Origin: Eledone cirrhosa
Taxonomy: Eukaryota
DNA length: 64,000 nt
Direction of reading: 5' to 3'
Assembly: GCA_964016885.1 (NCBI GenBank)
Contig: OZ024745.1
Span: 107,446,001 to 107,510,000, forward strand
In this document: positions 15,740 through 30,000 of the stretch, in pieces
How the letters are laid out: every line of letters starts with the position of its first letter
How positions within the stretch are numbered: the first letter of the stretch is position 1
Notes under the pieces: generated by a model
What the model saw: only the letters and a program-made list of their open reading frames with translations
Told to the model about the DNA's origin: nothing
The model's database searches: none
Program-made: the position numbers and the translations under genes

Positions 15740-16324
15740 AATATCCATTCAATTATTTTATATATATAAAATATCTGCAAAAGTATCTTTTTCTGTTTGC
15801 TTTTTCAGCAAATTTTTTGTTACATATTTTTTATATAGACGGAAATCTAAGATTTACGAAATCGCAAAAGAATGGTGTTGGGTTTATATTCTACCACACT
15901 ACTATAAATAGCAACAAAGTCTTCATCAAATAACTCTTTAGCATTTACAACAAATGAAGAACACTTGGTCCTAGTTTCATAATGATGGAGAATAAAACTC
16001 CCTATGTCATCGAGAAAAAGTAATAATGAACACTATTGATTGTGAAGCAGGATATATTCTCCCTCGACTAGTACAGTGTATATATAAAATTGGACCTGCT
16101 ACTTTAAACATAAGATGAAGCGAGAAATTAGGCAGGGCTCGAGGTACTATACTCCTGAATACAAGACGTTGTAACAGCACATGACAAGGAGACATATAAG
16201 GGCAGATTGCGAGCATAGAGGTGACCCACAGCACAATAAGTTCAGGTGTAGTCTGCATTAATATCAGTGTTCTTATGACCTTTTATGATGGCTTCCGATC
16301 GTTTTGCTGATGGATGTCTATTAT

Positions 16325-16950
16325 CTATGCTTTGTAGCATAGAGTTACGGCCCTTTATGATCTGAGTTCAAATCCCGCCGAGGTTAACTTTGCCTTTCAT
16401 CCTTACGGGGTTCGATAAAATAAAGTACCAGTAATACACTGGGATAATTGCTGGCTTTGTGCCAAAAGTAGAAACAATTATTTGTGCACTAAATTTCTGT
16501 TTTGTTTCAATATAGTTTATTATGCTTTTGATATGTTACTGTTTATTCCGCACGTACTTGTCACTAGTTTTCTAACTCATTTTTGTGACACATTTTGTAT
16601 TATATGTAAGGTTTTTGTAACAAAAGCAAAATTTGTGTCATTATTGAAGACGGTGGATTGGCAGTATTGGTAGAAGGCCGGACGCCATGCTTTGACGCAT
16701 AGAGTTACGGCCCTTTCCATTCTGAGTTCAAATCTCGCCAAGGTTAACTTTGCCTTTCATCCTTACGGGGTCGATAAAATAAAGTACCAGTAATGCACTG
16801 GATAATTGCTGGCCTTGTGCTAAAAGTAGAAACGATTATTGAGGCAAAGCTAACCTCAGCGGGATTTGAACTCAGAACGTAAAGGGCCATAGCTAAATAC
16901 TGCAAAGCATTTTGTCCGAAGCCCTAACGATTCTACCATTCCTCCACCGT
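16325..16950. mobile_element. Three SINE copies (16325-16482 +, 16651-16840 +, 16843-16950 -)
   Basis: Same B-box GAGTTCAAATC and CCTTTCATCCTTACGGGG core. Confidence 0.8.
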
Positions 16951-18398
16951 AGGATATAATTTTAGATAATTCGTGGAGAAATGATATATGATACGGGACT
17001 TCACCATTTACCATCCCAAATTGTTTTTATATTAGCTAACTTAAAACCAACAAGCATAAGATGAACTGAAACATTTCTCAGACATTTACATTATCGTATC
17101 AATACAATCTATATGACTATATATAAAATATTTAGTTTTATTGTGTATATATTTCTAAAAGTGGCATAAGTAAAGAAATAATTGCATACACAATGAACAA
17201 GTAAAAATAATACTGGTAAAGTAAAAAAATGATTTAAGTAAAACGTGATATTGTCGAAATTCCTTTAAAACAAATTTTTCACGTTATAAGAAGACAATAA
17301 TCAAATAAAATCACTAACCCTAACATTTAATGTAATAAAAACTAATTAACACAATACATCAACCTAAATGTAATTTGATTTTTTTTAAAAAATCAAACAA
17401 TTCGTAAAGTCTTGCTTATAGTGTCGCCTATTTTAGACTTTGACAGAACAGCTTAATTGTCTTCGTGACTGACATACAAAGTGATTGATAAATCAATTCT
17501 TCATAGTATATGCATATACGTATATTTGCACACTCACATTATGTGAACAAGTAAGAATTTCCAGACGCTTTTGGTTCTGGGAAAAGAGGACTGGGTGAAG
17601 AAGAGATGGACGTGATGAATATGTCTAGTTGGTAGTGCTATGCAAATGGTAGTTCAGAGAATTAGAGGTCATTGAAATAATGGAATATATCTGTAAGTAT
17701 ATGTGTGTTTGTGTGAATGTGTGTTGTGTGTGCGTATGGGGGTGTACTTATGCTGTGTCAGCTGTATGATTCGTCATAGGCGTGACATATCATACTTGAG
17801 TGAACACTACACGCCTTAAACTATCTTCAGTATTTGCTATAAAATGTTGAAGAAGAATGAAGCAACAGTCTGTTTCATACTTATAGGTACATTTCTTCTG
17901 TGTGCGGGTGATGGTATTATTTTGGAGGAAGGTTATTCACTGCTAACTAACTCTCCGGTGTTAACCCTTTAGCATTTATATTACTCTATATTTACTATTG
18001 TATTTTCACGGTAAAGGCTTTACTTTACATAATTATCCCATATAATATCAAATCTACAAGATTTTGATATTATTTATTTTGAGAACAATACCTTAAGATA
18101 AGAATGATCAGCCAATTATGGCCGGTTTGAACAGAAAGAGGTGAGAGAATTATAGCCGCATACGACCGGTTTAAATGCTAAAGGATTACAGCATCGGTTT
18201 GTATCCCCACTCTTATTGTTACTGCTATACTGCTAGCGATTTTGCTAATATTACGACCCGCTACAAGTGCAGATTCATAATATTTTGTCCACTGTTTCAA
18301 TAAAATCCACTTAGCTCCATTGTGCTACCACATGCGTGATACTCGGGGATTCTTCTTTCTACAAAATGTTGTAGTTAGGTGCCATTTGGGTGGACTAT

Positions 18399-19124
18399 CT
18401 ATATGGAAATTTTACTCAGATCTTCTGCTGTTGCTTTGAGGATATTGTTGCACTGGTGAAGGCTCCTCACCTCAAGGTATGGGATGACTTTGTTTACCTT
18501 AGCTGTTGTTTCTTTTAACTTTTTCCTGTCTACAAATCTTAGGTTCATAGGTCTCCCACTATCATTGTTCAATTCATCTACCACTAAGTTTAGGATATCA
18601 ACCAAATCTTGTCCTAGCCCGTCAGCATTCATCTCCTCAGTAGCCGTATCTCTGTTCCAGGTATTATTTATCTCAGCATTCAGATCATTGTCTGCTTCGG
18701 GTGGTTCCTCCGTTCTCTCGACCGCTTCACCTTCATTTCCCACTGGCTCGTTTGTCTGGCATACTCCACTCTCCATCTCCAAGCTAATCTCTCTGCTCAG
18801 TTTCTCCAGTTCCAGCTCGCTTATCCACCCATTAGTTCTTATTACCCCAGCCTGCCGGGCCAATTTTTTTTCATCCAATTTAAATAGACCAATCTCGTTC
18901 CAGATGTTATGCATCCGTTACCTATAGCCTTTCTCCTTGGGGTTACTCTTCAGGTAACATTGCATAACAGTTCTATTCAATTCTTTCGTCCAGTTGGTTC
19001 TGGTCCCTTTCCTTCTTCTTCTTCCTCCGACACCAGCAGTATTTGGTTGACAGCCAGGTCCCTGCTGCTGAGCCAGGGAGCACCTGTTGGGTGAGAGTCT
19101 GTCACATGACATTCTAGTCTCCAT
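18399..19124 (-). pseudogene. N-terminal fragment of a non-LTR retrotransposon ORF, probably R4/Dong-like (RLE class)
   Basis: NWTKELNRTVMQCY..PKEKGYR / MHNIW..EKKLARQAGVIRTNGWISELELE resembles N-termini of R4/Dong-group elements; frameshift near 18915; (TAA)n upstream. Confidence 0.55.
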
Positions 19125-19236
19125 TTCACCGTTATTGAAACTGTTATAACAGAAATGCCCATTTGTACCGTCCTGTATTGTCCTATACTGTCCTTGAAGT
19201 CTACTTTATGTAAACCCTTATGGTTAATAAAGAAAG

Positions 19237-19303
<67 letters not shown>

Positions 19304-19699
19304 TTCTTCTTCTTCTTCTTCTTCTTCTTCTTCTTCTTCTTCTTCTTCTTCTTCTTCTTTACTCTCCTCTATTTCTTTTTCCCTATCTAACCAAAAGAAA
19401 TCTATGAATACCCAACTTGAATATATTTATCAGACAATCCTGATGATTTCAAAACAATGAAACAGTTCTAGTTTCGTAGAATATATTTCTATGTGGAATA
19501 TACATCTACTCGTTATTACCTATGAATGGTAACTTAGATGCAGAATTCATACTATTATTAACAAATATTATTTTGCTTGTTTAAAACTATATGAGTCCTA
19601 CATTGATTGCATGTTTACCGTATGCATAACAGACATCTATAAAATATGCGTAAACTCAAATGCGCGCACACAAAAACATGCGTCTACACATACACATAA

Positions 19700-19759
<60 letters not shown>

Positions 19760-19904
19760 CCAGAGAAGGCTGGGGGGAGAGAGAAAGAGAAATTAAAAAA
19801 GAAGGGGTGAGAAGGAAAAAGAATGTGTGGGAAACATATATATATATAGATAAGTGTGTGTGTATATTTAACTTTGCAGCTCCAGAAATATAAATATAAT
19901 GAAT

Positions 19905-20012
<108 letters not shown>

Positions 20013-20723
20013 GATATCCACGGTAAGTTGTGGGGTCTAGTCTGCATGAAGAATTCAATGTAATCCATATATTGAAAATGTTGTATGTTACAAAAAATCA
20101 CGGAAAACAATAAAACATTAAAAGGAAAACAGAGTCATGATATAAGTTAAAACAATGAAATAAAAATTCAAGTCGTTAGAAATATACTTCACTGCTTTAC
20201 GATCGTTTCTAGGTGATGATATTACATCGTAACCATACTTCGTTTTCGATCATGTAAGGTTAGTTACAAAATATCAGATAAGGAAAATATTTACTTACAT
20301 GTATATCACCAGCTGTTGTCAATAGCAATGAGAGTTTTATTCAAAATTAGTAGTAAATTGAGTTCTATGACCTTATTTGAAGGTAGCTGAAGAACAAACC
20401 AATCAGATCGTTTTTTTCCATATGATATTAAGATGAAAAATAACTCACTTTAGTTGATGTCATGACCCTTTGAAAGGAATGGTTGAATGGTGTTAACAAT
20501 AGAATTGCTATAAAGAATCTATGAGGAAAAAGGGGATTGTCATATTGATAGTTGAATGTATATGGTATTGTGAAGTTTAAAAGGAATGTGAAAATTAAAT
20601 GTTGAGTTGTGTTGTATGGAGTTTTTAGGTGAATATAAATTATGGTCATGACCAGGAAAGATAGTATATTAAAAGATGAAAATTATAATAAGATAATGAA
20701 ATATAGTAATACAATAATATAAT

Positions 20724-20914
20724 ATAATTGTTTCTACTTTAGGCACAAGGCCAGCAAATACCCAGTACATTACTGGTACTTTATTTTATCGACCCCGTAA
20801 GGATGAAAGGCAAAGTTAACCTCGGCGGGATTTGAACTCAGACTGTAAAGGGACGTAATTATGCTAGGAAGCATAGCGTCCAACCCTCTACCGATACTGC
20901 CAATTCACCGCCCT
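20724..20914 (-). mobile_element. tRNA-derived SINE (Meta-domain-like) with target-site duplication
   Basis: TGGCAGTATCGG and GAGTTCAAATCC boxes; GCCTTTCATCCTTACGGGGTCGATAAAATAAAGTACC; TSD ACAATAATATAAT at 20711-20723 and 20916-20928; absent from the matching inverted arm near 24330. Confidence 0.85.
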
Positions 20915-21200
20915 TACAATAATATAATTTAATGTAACACAATATAGTACGGTGTGGTACATTGTACATAGTATAATACAGCGTATGATACGACTTAAAA
21001 TACTTTCAAGTATGTCCATGTATAAATAATCAAACTCAGATAAATGCATGTTGACATATAGTCAAAACGTATACATTTCATAGATCACACAGTGCATATA
21101 CCCACATTATAGATAGAGGTATAATTATATTGATACTCAATTAAAAACATACATACGCATAAATAGATATAAACATATACATATCTACATATGTGCACAC

Positions 21201-21258
<58 letters not shown>

Positions 21259-21599
21259 ACACCTATACAGACATATATATATATATGTATACATACATAC
21301 ATGTACACACCCACATAAGCACTCATACACATATACACGCATATACATATATATACACATATACACATATATATATTATCATATCATACATACATAGATA
21401 CATATTTACTCATGCAATTACGGGTGGTTGTGTACCTTGATGCCCTTAGTCATTAACGCATAAATCTAAGGAACTTCAAAAATGAAAAGGTAAGAAATAA
21501 GCATGAATGCGTGTAATTAGGGGAAGGGGTTACTAACAAATGTTACGCTACATATAATTATAGTGAGTTGCTATTTAGAATATTTAATTAGGTTTATAG

Positions 21600-23190
21600 T
21601 ATTTTAATGTTTTTCCAATACGGTGATTACAAATTATAATCAGTTCCAGTCTTTTATTCAATAAATCGTCCTTAGATTTAGTAATTTCCAAGATCTTCCC
21701 TGAACATAATCTGCATTCTCTCTTGTTCCTAAGATATGGAGTTCTTTGTAGAATGGTGTTCCACGATAGTTTGAAATCTATTTTTTCTTTTTATAGTTAT
21801 TTACTGCTTCCGCTAAAGATGTGGTGTTAGCTAGTTTAGTATTGTTAAAACTACTGGAGTGTGCGTAATATCTTTTCTTAAATGTGTTCGATGTAAATCC
21901 TATATACGATTTGTTGGAGTCAGTAGTAGACACAGTGCATTTATATATTACATTATTAATCAAACAGCTGCCATTTAAGGGGCAAATGCTTCTATTTCTG
22001 CAATAACAACCATACGTAAGATGGTTTTTGGGGGTACCTATACAGATCTCATTAATCCTTGAACTATTCTTATTGCAATTAATGTTAGCGGGAGAATGAA
22101 GGTTGCTTTGCGGGTGGTTTAGTGCTAAGGTTGTATTGTGATTTTGTGTTATGTTGTTTTTGTGTTGATGATTTTGGTGGTTGTGTTTTCCAGGTTGAAG
22201 GATTGTATTATTTGTTCTTTTAAATTATGTTGTGGTGGTGTGGTCATATTATTTTTAAATTTATAAATGTTGTAGTCGCTTAATTTTTGCTGGAGATTGT
22301 TTGATGTAGAGTATGAGAATTTAACAGTATACTGTTAAATATTTGGTGGTATCTGTGGTTTGGTGGAAAGTGTTTATGTAGAATTTCAAAGAATTGTTGG
22401 GGATTTGTCCATTAGTTTGCAGGTTAAAGGGTGCGTTGTACCATGTTATGTTTCTTTTGCGGTTTTTAGTTAAGTTCTTATTACCACTTATATTATTGTG
22501 TTGTGTTATAGAATAATTCCTATGGTTAGTATCCTTATTTGTGAAATTTGGTAAACTACCGTGGTTGTATTTGGTGTTATTATTGGGTAGATTATAAGAG
22601 GTTGAATGCTTGGCATTCATATGTGAGTTGAAAACATTGGTCATAGATCGTGTAGTAATAGTTGATGTGGTTTTTCGGTTGTTTGGTGTCATAGGAATAA
22701 CCCTATTAGGTATTTGTTTCGATAGTATTTTTTGGTGTTTGTAGTTTTTGCTAGGTTTTATATTTTGGTCCATAGTAGTGTTGAGGATATTTGAAATATT
22801 TTCTTTATATCCACTTCTAGTTAGGGCCTCGTTGTAGAAGGGTGCATTATTATAAAATATATCCTCATTGAAAGATAATTTAGAAAGTCTAAGAGGTATG
22901 TTATATACTAGGTTTTTTAGTATAGAGCCAGGGTGGTTAGAGCGTGAATGTACATAGTGTAGATTCTGGTTGGGTTTGTGGTAAGGTTGATAAATATTCG
23001 TAGAGAGGTCTACGGTAACGTCAAGGAAGTTAGTTACTTTCGAAGTGTTTTCAAAGGTGATGTTAAGGTTGTAATAGTCCTTGAGGAATTTTCTAATTTG
23101 TTTTTTGTTTTTCTCTATATTAGAATTGCTAAGATTGTTAGATAACAATAGACAATCATCCCGATAAAGACCACCTTTGAGGTGGGGAAT
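21600..23190 (-). pseudogene. PLE reverse transcriptase C-terminus + GIY-YIG endonuclease
   Basis: GGLYRDD, NFLDVTVDL, SNHP, ITWYNAPF; then CYC..CPL..C, VIYKC..YIGFTSNTFKKRY, and LLNKR near the end. Confidence 0.9.
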
Positions 23191-23515
23191 AGCAACTCAC
23201 TATAATTCTTTGTAGCGTAACATTTGTTAGTAACCCTTTCCCCTAATTATACGCATTCATGCTTATTTCTTAACTTTTAATTTTTGAAGTTCCTTAGATT
23301 TATGCGTTAATGACTAAGAGCATCAAGGTACACAACCACCCGTAATTGCATGAGTAAATATGTATCTATGTATGATATGAGAATATATATATGTGTATAT
23401 GTGTATATATATGTATATGCGTGTATATGTGTATGAGTGTTTATGAGTGTGTGTACATGTATGTGTGTATACATATATATATATGTCTGTATAGGTGTGT
23501 ATATGTATATATATA

Positions 23516-23561
<46 letters not shown>

Positions 23562-23691
23562 GGAAAGTTATATTTAAATTGTTGAGTTAACAACGAGTAA
23601 ATATTTATAACTGATATAAAAGCACTCAACAAGTATTTGGAGTATATTTATGATATTAAATAAATGGAAACTATATTTATAAAACCATATT

Positions 23692-23757
23692 TATTTCATT
23701 ATATATATTTCAGGGATATCATATTAACAATATGTTATGCCTTCATCAGACAAAATA
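23692..23757 (-). ncRNA. Hammerhead ribozyme (family A), left arm of a near-perfect palindrome
   Basis: Reverse complement of 23919-23984. Confidence 0.75.
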
Positions 23758-23918
23758 CAATATAAACAGTCTTATAAATAAATAGATATGACATACCTTT
23801 CAATCGACTTGCATTTGGGAAGTTGATTTGGCAGATTTGATTTGCCAAATCAACTTCCCAAATGCAAGTCGATTGAAAGGTATGTCATATCTATTTATTT
23901 ATAAGACTGTTTATATTG

Positions 23919-23984
23919 TATTTTGTCTGATGAAGGCATAACATATTGTTAATATGATATCCCTGAAATATATATAATGAAATA
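23919..23984 (+). ncRNA. Hammerhead ribozyme (family A), right arm
   Basis: TATTTTGT CTGATGA AGG..CATATT gtt AATATG..CCT GAAA TATATATA ATGAAATA. Confidence 0.75.
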
Positions 23985-24895
23985 AATATGGTTTTATAAA
24001 TATAGTTTCCATTTATTTAATATCATATATATATATATATATATATAATTGTGTGCACATATGTAGATGTATGTATATGTTTATATCTATTTATGCGTAT
24101 GTATGTTTTTAATTGAGTATCAATATAACTATACCTCTATCTATAATGTGGGTATATGCACTTTGTGATCTATGAAAGGTATACGTTTTGACTATATGTC
24201 AACATGCATTTATCTGAGTTTGATTATTTATACATGGACATACTTGAAAGTATTTTAAGTCGTATCATACGCTGTATTATACTATGTACAATGTACCACA
24301 CCGTACTATATTGTGTTACATTAAATTATATTATTGTGTTACTATATTTCATTATCTTATTATAATTTTCATCTTTTAATATACTATCTTTCCTGGTCAT
24401 GACCATAATTTATATTCACCTAAAAACTCCATACAACACAACTCAACATTTAATTTTTACATTCCTTTTAAACTTCACAATACCATATACATTCAACTAT
24501 CAATATGACGATCCCCTTTTTCCTCATAGATTCTGTATAGCAATTCTATTGTTAACACCATTCAACCATTCCTTTCAAAGGGTCATGACATCAACTAAAG
24601 TGAGTTATTTTTCATCTTAATATCATATGGAAAAAAACATTCTGATTGGTTTGTTCTTCAGCTACCTCCAAATAAGGTCATAGAACTTAATTTACTACTA
24701 ATTTTGAATAAAATTATCATTGCTATGGACAACAGCTGGTGATATACATGTAAGTAAATATTTTCGTTATCTGATATTTCCTTAGCTTATATGATATAAC
24801 GAAGTATGGTTACGATGTATTATCATCACCTACAAACGATCGTAAAGCAGTGAAGTATATTTCTAATGACTTGAATTTTTATTTCATTGTTTCAA

Positions 24896-24994
<99 letters not shown>

Positions 24995-25523
24995 CATATA
25001 TATGGTACAAAATAACAGGCATACATATGTAAACAGACGACCGACCGAAGAAAACAAACAGAGACAAAATTATAGGAAATAGTGTACAAACAACGAATCA
25101 AATGAAAGGAAGGAACAAACAAGAAAAGACGTATGAACAGAATGTAAGTGAAATGGAGCAAATAGATGTACGATAGATCCTATTGATCACGCAAAATGCT
25201 AATGTGTGAGGAACGAATGCTTTTAGCAGACGACAGATAGGAAGCCATATTGGGAATAATGACCACGGCATTAAGGAATTATAACAGCATTCTTCTTTCT
25301 ATTCACACATTTTATGGAAATGTTATTCCTAACTCACTCTGTAGCGTTCTGCCTGTTAAAGGCAATTATGCAGATTTCCATTCCCAATGAATGCAAGTTG
25401 TGTGGGCTTAGAGGTAAATGCATTCAACTATACATATGCATGTCTTTACGATTGAACATCGAAAAGGGAAATTCTATCTCACGCTATTTGCTCAATATTG
25501 CACTGTACATACATGCATACGTA

Positions 25524-25643
<120 letters not shown>

Positions 25644-26149
25644 TATGTATGCATGTATATATAATATTAAAACTTAAGCCAAAATCACATTGTGTGGGTG
25701 TATAACCTATATCGATTAAAGCCGGTTTTACTTATACAGTCCCCTACCCAAGATTTCTGGAATTCCAAAAAGCAACATTGACCATTCTTATGCATTGGAA
25801 TAACCAATATTGGAAGAATTACAATTCCTTTATCTGGGGAAGAATTGTTTGGAATAAGAGTAGTGGAATATATTTCACAGATACCATGTCGTTCCCGACC
25901 ACATGGTGTCCGATGTGTTGTATGGTTGAATTACGATATGAATAGATCGCTCTCAATGTATCAGTACAAAATAACAGGTTTAAATTAACGCTGGAAATAG
26001 CAGCCAAAATCGTCTAAATAAGATTAATGATAGGGAGCAGTTAATCAATTTATAAAGTTAATTGTCCCCAGCATGGCCTCAGCCGGGTGGCTGGAACATG
26101 TAAAAAGGTAAAAGAGTAAATATATATTAGTATGTACGAGTGTGTGTGA

Positions 26150-26186
<37 letters not shown>

Positions 26187-26250
26187 AATAAAAAAGATGA
26201 AATCGAAAATGCAACTGGAGTCTTTTTTTTTTAAATATATATTTATTTGG

Positions 26251-26292
26251 TTACTTTACCGGTTTCGCAGTTCTTGTGCTTTTCAAAAGTAA
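26251..26292 (-). ncRNA. Minimal hammerhead ribozyme with U3-A8 core
   Basis: Minus: TTACTT TTGAAAA GCA caagaac TGC GAAAC CG GTA AAGTAA. Confidence 0.75.
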
Positions 26293-27049
26293 ATTTGAGA
26301 TGGAGGGTTTGTGGTTTTTCTCACATCTGGTTGGTGTTTGAATGTTACTTCTGTTTTATATGGAAAAAGGTGACTCGAAATGCTAGGTTTTTATAGAAGT
26401 AATTTGGTTGGTTGATGACTGTCATGTGAATAAGTATTATAATAAATTTCGCACCAGTTCGCGTTACAAAGTTCTTATTATATTTGCCTTCAAAAAAAGG
26501 GGGGCTCAGATTGTTTTTTCATATATGAGTGAAGTTTGGTTGGTTGATGCAGTCACGTGAATAAGCACGTCAGCTTTCGCGCCAGTTTGTGTTTGAATTT
26601 CTTTTTACTTTAAAAAAAGTGGCTCACGAAGGCTTTTTTTATAAATGTAATTTGATTGGTTATAAATGAAACTATGACTGTCACGTGAACAAGTGCATTA
26701 AATTTCGCGCCGTATTTTGGAATTTTTCTGTAGCTATATATATATAGATATATTTCTTTATTTTAGCCATATATATATAGAAAGATAGATAGATTGATTG
26801 CTTTTTTTGCCACAAGGGCGCATAAGAAAAGGGGACAATACAAAGACATGCCGGGGATTTTACATACAGTCGTGTAAAAAATATAAACAAACAATTATAA
26901 TAATCGAAATCCCCAATAGGGGCGAAGCGCCACAAATGGGTTGTTTAATACCCCGTCGATAGAACAACCCTCAACTACAGGAGCGAGTTGTGCAAGTGCA
27001 ACTTTCTTGTTTTTGCTCTCTCCTTTAACCTACAGGCTTATAAACAGAG

Positions 27050-30000
27050 AAGGCCCAATCACTCGGGCCATTTTTGCCACATTCACCCACCTAGAGTAAA
27101 TTTACTGGGGTGCAGTGCCTCTCTCTCCACTCTGATTCTCCTTCTAAAGTGATAATTAAAGAAGGGAATCAATTGTTGTCCGGAGAGAAAGGCATCTGTC
27201 CTCAGTCCTCTGAATCTCGTCCACCATATAACCACTTTCAACATAGCCACTGTACAGAGGAAAAACGCCTCTCTTTCGTTTTTGAAAGAGGCTGACGGTT
27301 TGAGGCTTACTATGGACTCGGCAGTCAACTGGATTTGTCGCATACGTGACAGCAGTTCTGCATAGTTCCACAGGTCGGTTACGCCCGGGCAGTGTACAAT
27401 TGCGTGCAGGACGGTTTCAATGTCCTGCGCGCATCTTGGACACGTCCTCTTGGAAGGATCCCTGCCGGGGCGTCCGTGCCTGTAGATTTTTGTCTCGAAC
27501 TAGTAGAGCTCCTAGGTAGCACTGCCAGGCCAGGGACCTCTGGAAGCTGTCCATAGGTCCCGGGCGGAAAGACCTACCAAACAGAATGGTGAGCTCATCG
27601 TCTTCGACGCCCAGAGTCTCTCCGAGCACGTCGTCGCCCTTGTAACGTACAATCCCTCTATAGAATGTCGAAGTGGAGTCTCCACTGATTGCTCTGCTCC
27701 ACTGATTGCTGTGTCAGAGGACTGTGAGCGCCTGAGTGCATTCAATGTGCCAGGTGCCCGTCGTTTCGGTCTTTTCTTCACCCAGGACTGCAGCTCCGTC
27801 AGCGATACGAGCTGTGGGAAAGCCTGTCTCGCAAACGGTGCCCACACCGGTTGGGGGTCGGTGAGGAATACCTGGAGTTGCCGCAGCCTCAGCGCATGTT
27901 TTCGCATCATCAGCCACAGCATTCCCAGCCCTCCGTTGGAAGGGTGCTGACAGCAGACGGATATCCTCACCAGCGGAGCCTGCTTCTTCCACAGAATCTG
28001 GAAGAGTATGCGTTCCATCTTGGCGAGGTGTTCACGGGGACAAGGCACGACAGTCAAGCGGTAGTAGATGACGGACGCTATGAAAGTGTTCGCCACGTCC
28101 GCTCGACCTTTCAAGGACAGTTTGCACTCTGCCCACTTCTGGGTGAGCGCAAACACCTTGGCCGTGACCTCGTTCCAGTTTTTCTCCACCTGGAGGTCTG
28201 GACCGAACCAGACCCCGAGCAATTTCACCGGTCCGTTCGTCCAGCGTCCAACGACGCTGTCGGGCGTCATCGGTTTGCCTCTCCACGTACCGAGTTGCAA
28301 ACCGACAAACTTGTCCGGGTTCAGTTTTGCTCCCGTCAGCATTTCGTATTCTTTCAGTAAGTTGCCGATCACCCCGATTTCCGAGGTGCTCGACACCATT
28401 ACCGTGACGTCGTCGGCATAAGCTGACGCCGCTTTGCGCAGTCCCGGTTCTAGAGGGATGCCCTGCAACAGCTCCAATTTTCGCAGTAGTGGATCTAGAG
28501 TCAATACATACAGAATGGAAGAGAGAGCACATCCCTATGGAATGGAACGCGTAATTGCGAACGGCTCCGATAGGTAGCCGTTCACCTTGACCCTCGAGCA
28601 GATGCTGGTGTGCATCGCTTCGATTTAGCCTCTGAAAACGGGACTGAAACCGGCCGCCTTGAGAGCCGCTTCCAAGTGTCGATGGTCGACTGCCTTAGAC
28701 TGATCCAAATTGATGAGAGCCCCACCGAAGCCGGGTTTACTACCCACCCTCTCTGTGATGTTGTCGCCTGAGGTGGAGGTTGTCGTGTATGGGCCTGGTC
28801 GGGATTGCACACGTTTGTGCTTTCCCTACCAGGTTCTCGACGACAAGCACCAACCTCGTCGCTAGCACCTTGACCAAAATCTTTAACTCAGTGTTGAGCA
28901 AAGTTATGGGCCTGAAGTTGTTAATTTCGTCCCCCTTGTTCTCGTCTTTCCTGATCAGCGTTACTACGCCCTTGCCTGCAGAACTGGGAATTCTCCCGTT
29001 CTGCTGCCAATTGCACTAGACGGCTTCGAGGACGCCAGAGAACAAGTCCGGCATGCCTATGTAAAACTCATAGGGTAGACCATCTAGACCGGGTGACTTG
29101 CGTTTCCCTCAGAGGCCCAGAGCGTCCCGTATCTCAGTGTCCGTGATCGGTCTTTCGCAGAACTTGGCGTCCGTGTTCGAGAGACGCGGCAGGCCGTCGA
29201 GGTATAAACTAAAGTCCATTGCCCCGTTCGTCTCACCGTCATTCTGCTCAACCAGTCACGCAAAGTGCTGCTGAAAGGCCGCGCGCATTTGCTTGGGGTC
29301 AAGTAGCAGGCGTCCGTTTTGGTCTTTCAAAGACCGAATCGTGGACTTGTTGCCACTTTTTGCCACCGCCACTCGGGCCCAGCTAACAGCTTTCGCTCCT
29401 TCGTTTCCTAGAGCACGTGTTTTGCTTCTGACCACGTAGCCTTCTCGTTTCGCATCGAAGAACTGGTCCAGTGCCGTTCTATACGCTAACATTCTAGCCG
29501 CGTTGCCACTTCTAAGTGCCTCCTCTAACTTGGCTACTAGTTCTCTTTCTATTTTGTTTTTCTCTAAGGCTAACTCTCTGCTAAACCCTATCGATTCTAC
29601 TCTAATTGCTTTCTTGAGAGAGTACCACCATCTATTGTTGACGATGGCTCCCGTTAACTGTTGCTTGACTAATCTACTTATCCGTTCACTGTAAGCATTA
29701 CGTGCCGGCAACGACACGTTCAGCTTGCAGTATCCTGGTCCCTGTCTATGTGTTCTATCACAGTTGAATATGCAGACGGCTAATTTGTGATCTGAATAAG
29801 CAACCATGTGCATTCGTGGACAGCTTAACATCTTGTCCCTTTCTCTAACGAAGAACCTATCTAAATACCATCTAGATATCCCGCTGCGGTTTGCCCATGT
29901 CCACTGTGGTGCAGTCGGGAAATCCAGTCGATACCTCTCGGCCAGTTGGAATTGCCTGATTAAAGTTTTGAGGCTGTTGCACCCCCCCCCCCCCCTCTAC

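Larger units (their letters stand above)
20160..24898 (-). mobile_element. 5'-truncated Penelope-like element with long inverted pseudo-LTR arms
   Basis: Coding core 21600-23190. 21260-21575 is inverted at 23190-23520 and 20160-21205 is inverted at 24045-24898. Confidence 0.85.

Noticed and set aside
20185-20260. GAAACGATCGTA (minus) in the PLE arm as an HHR
   Set aside because: The stem III palindrome is present, but there is no intact CUGANGA or stem I; at best a relic.
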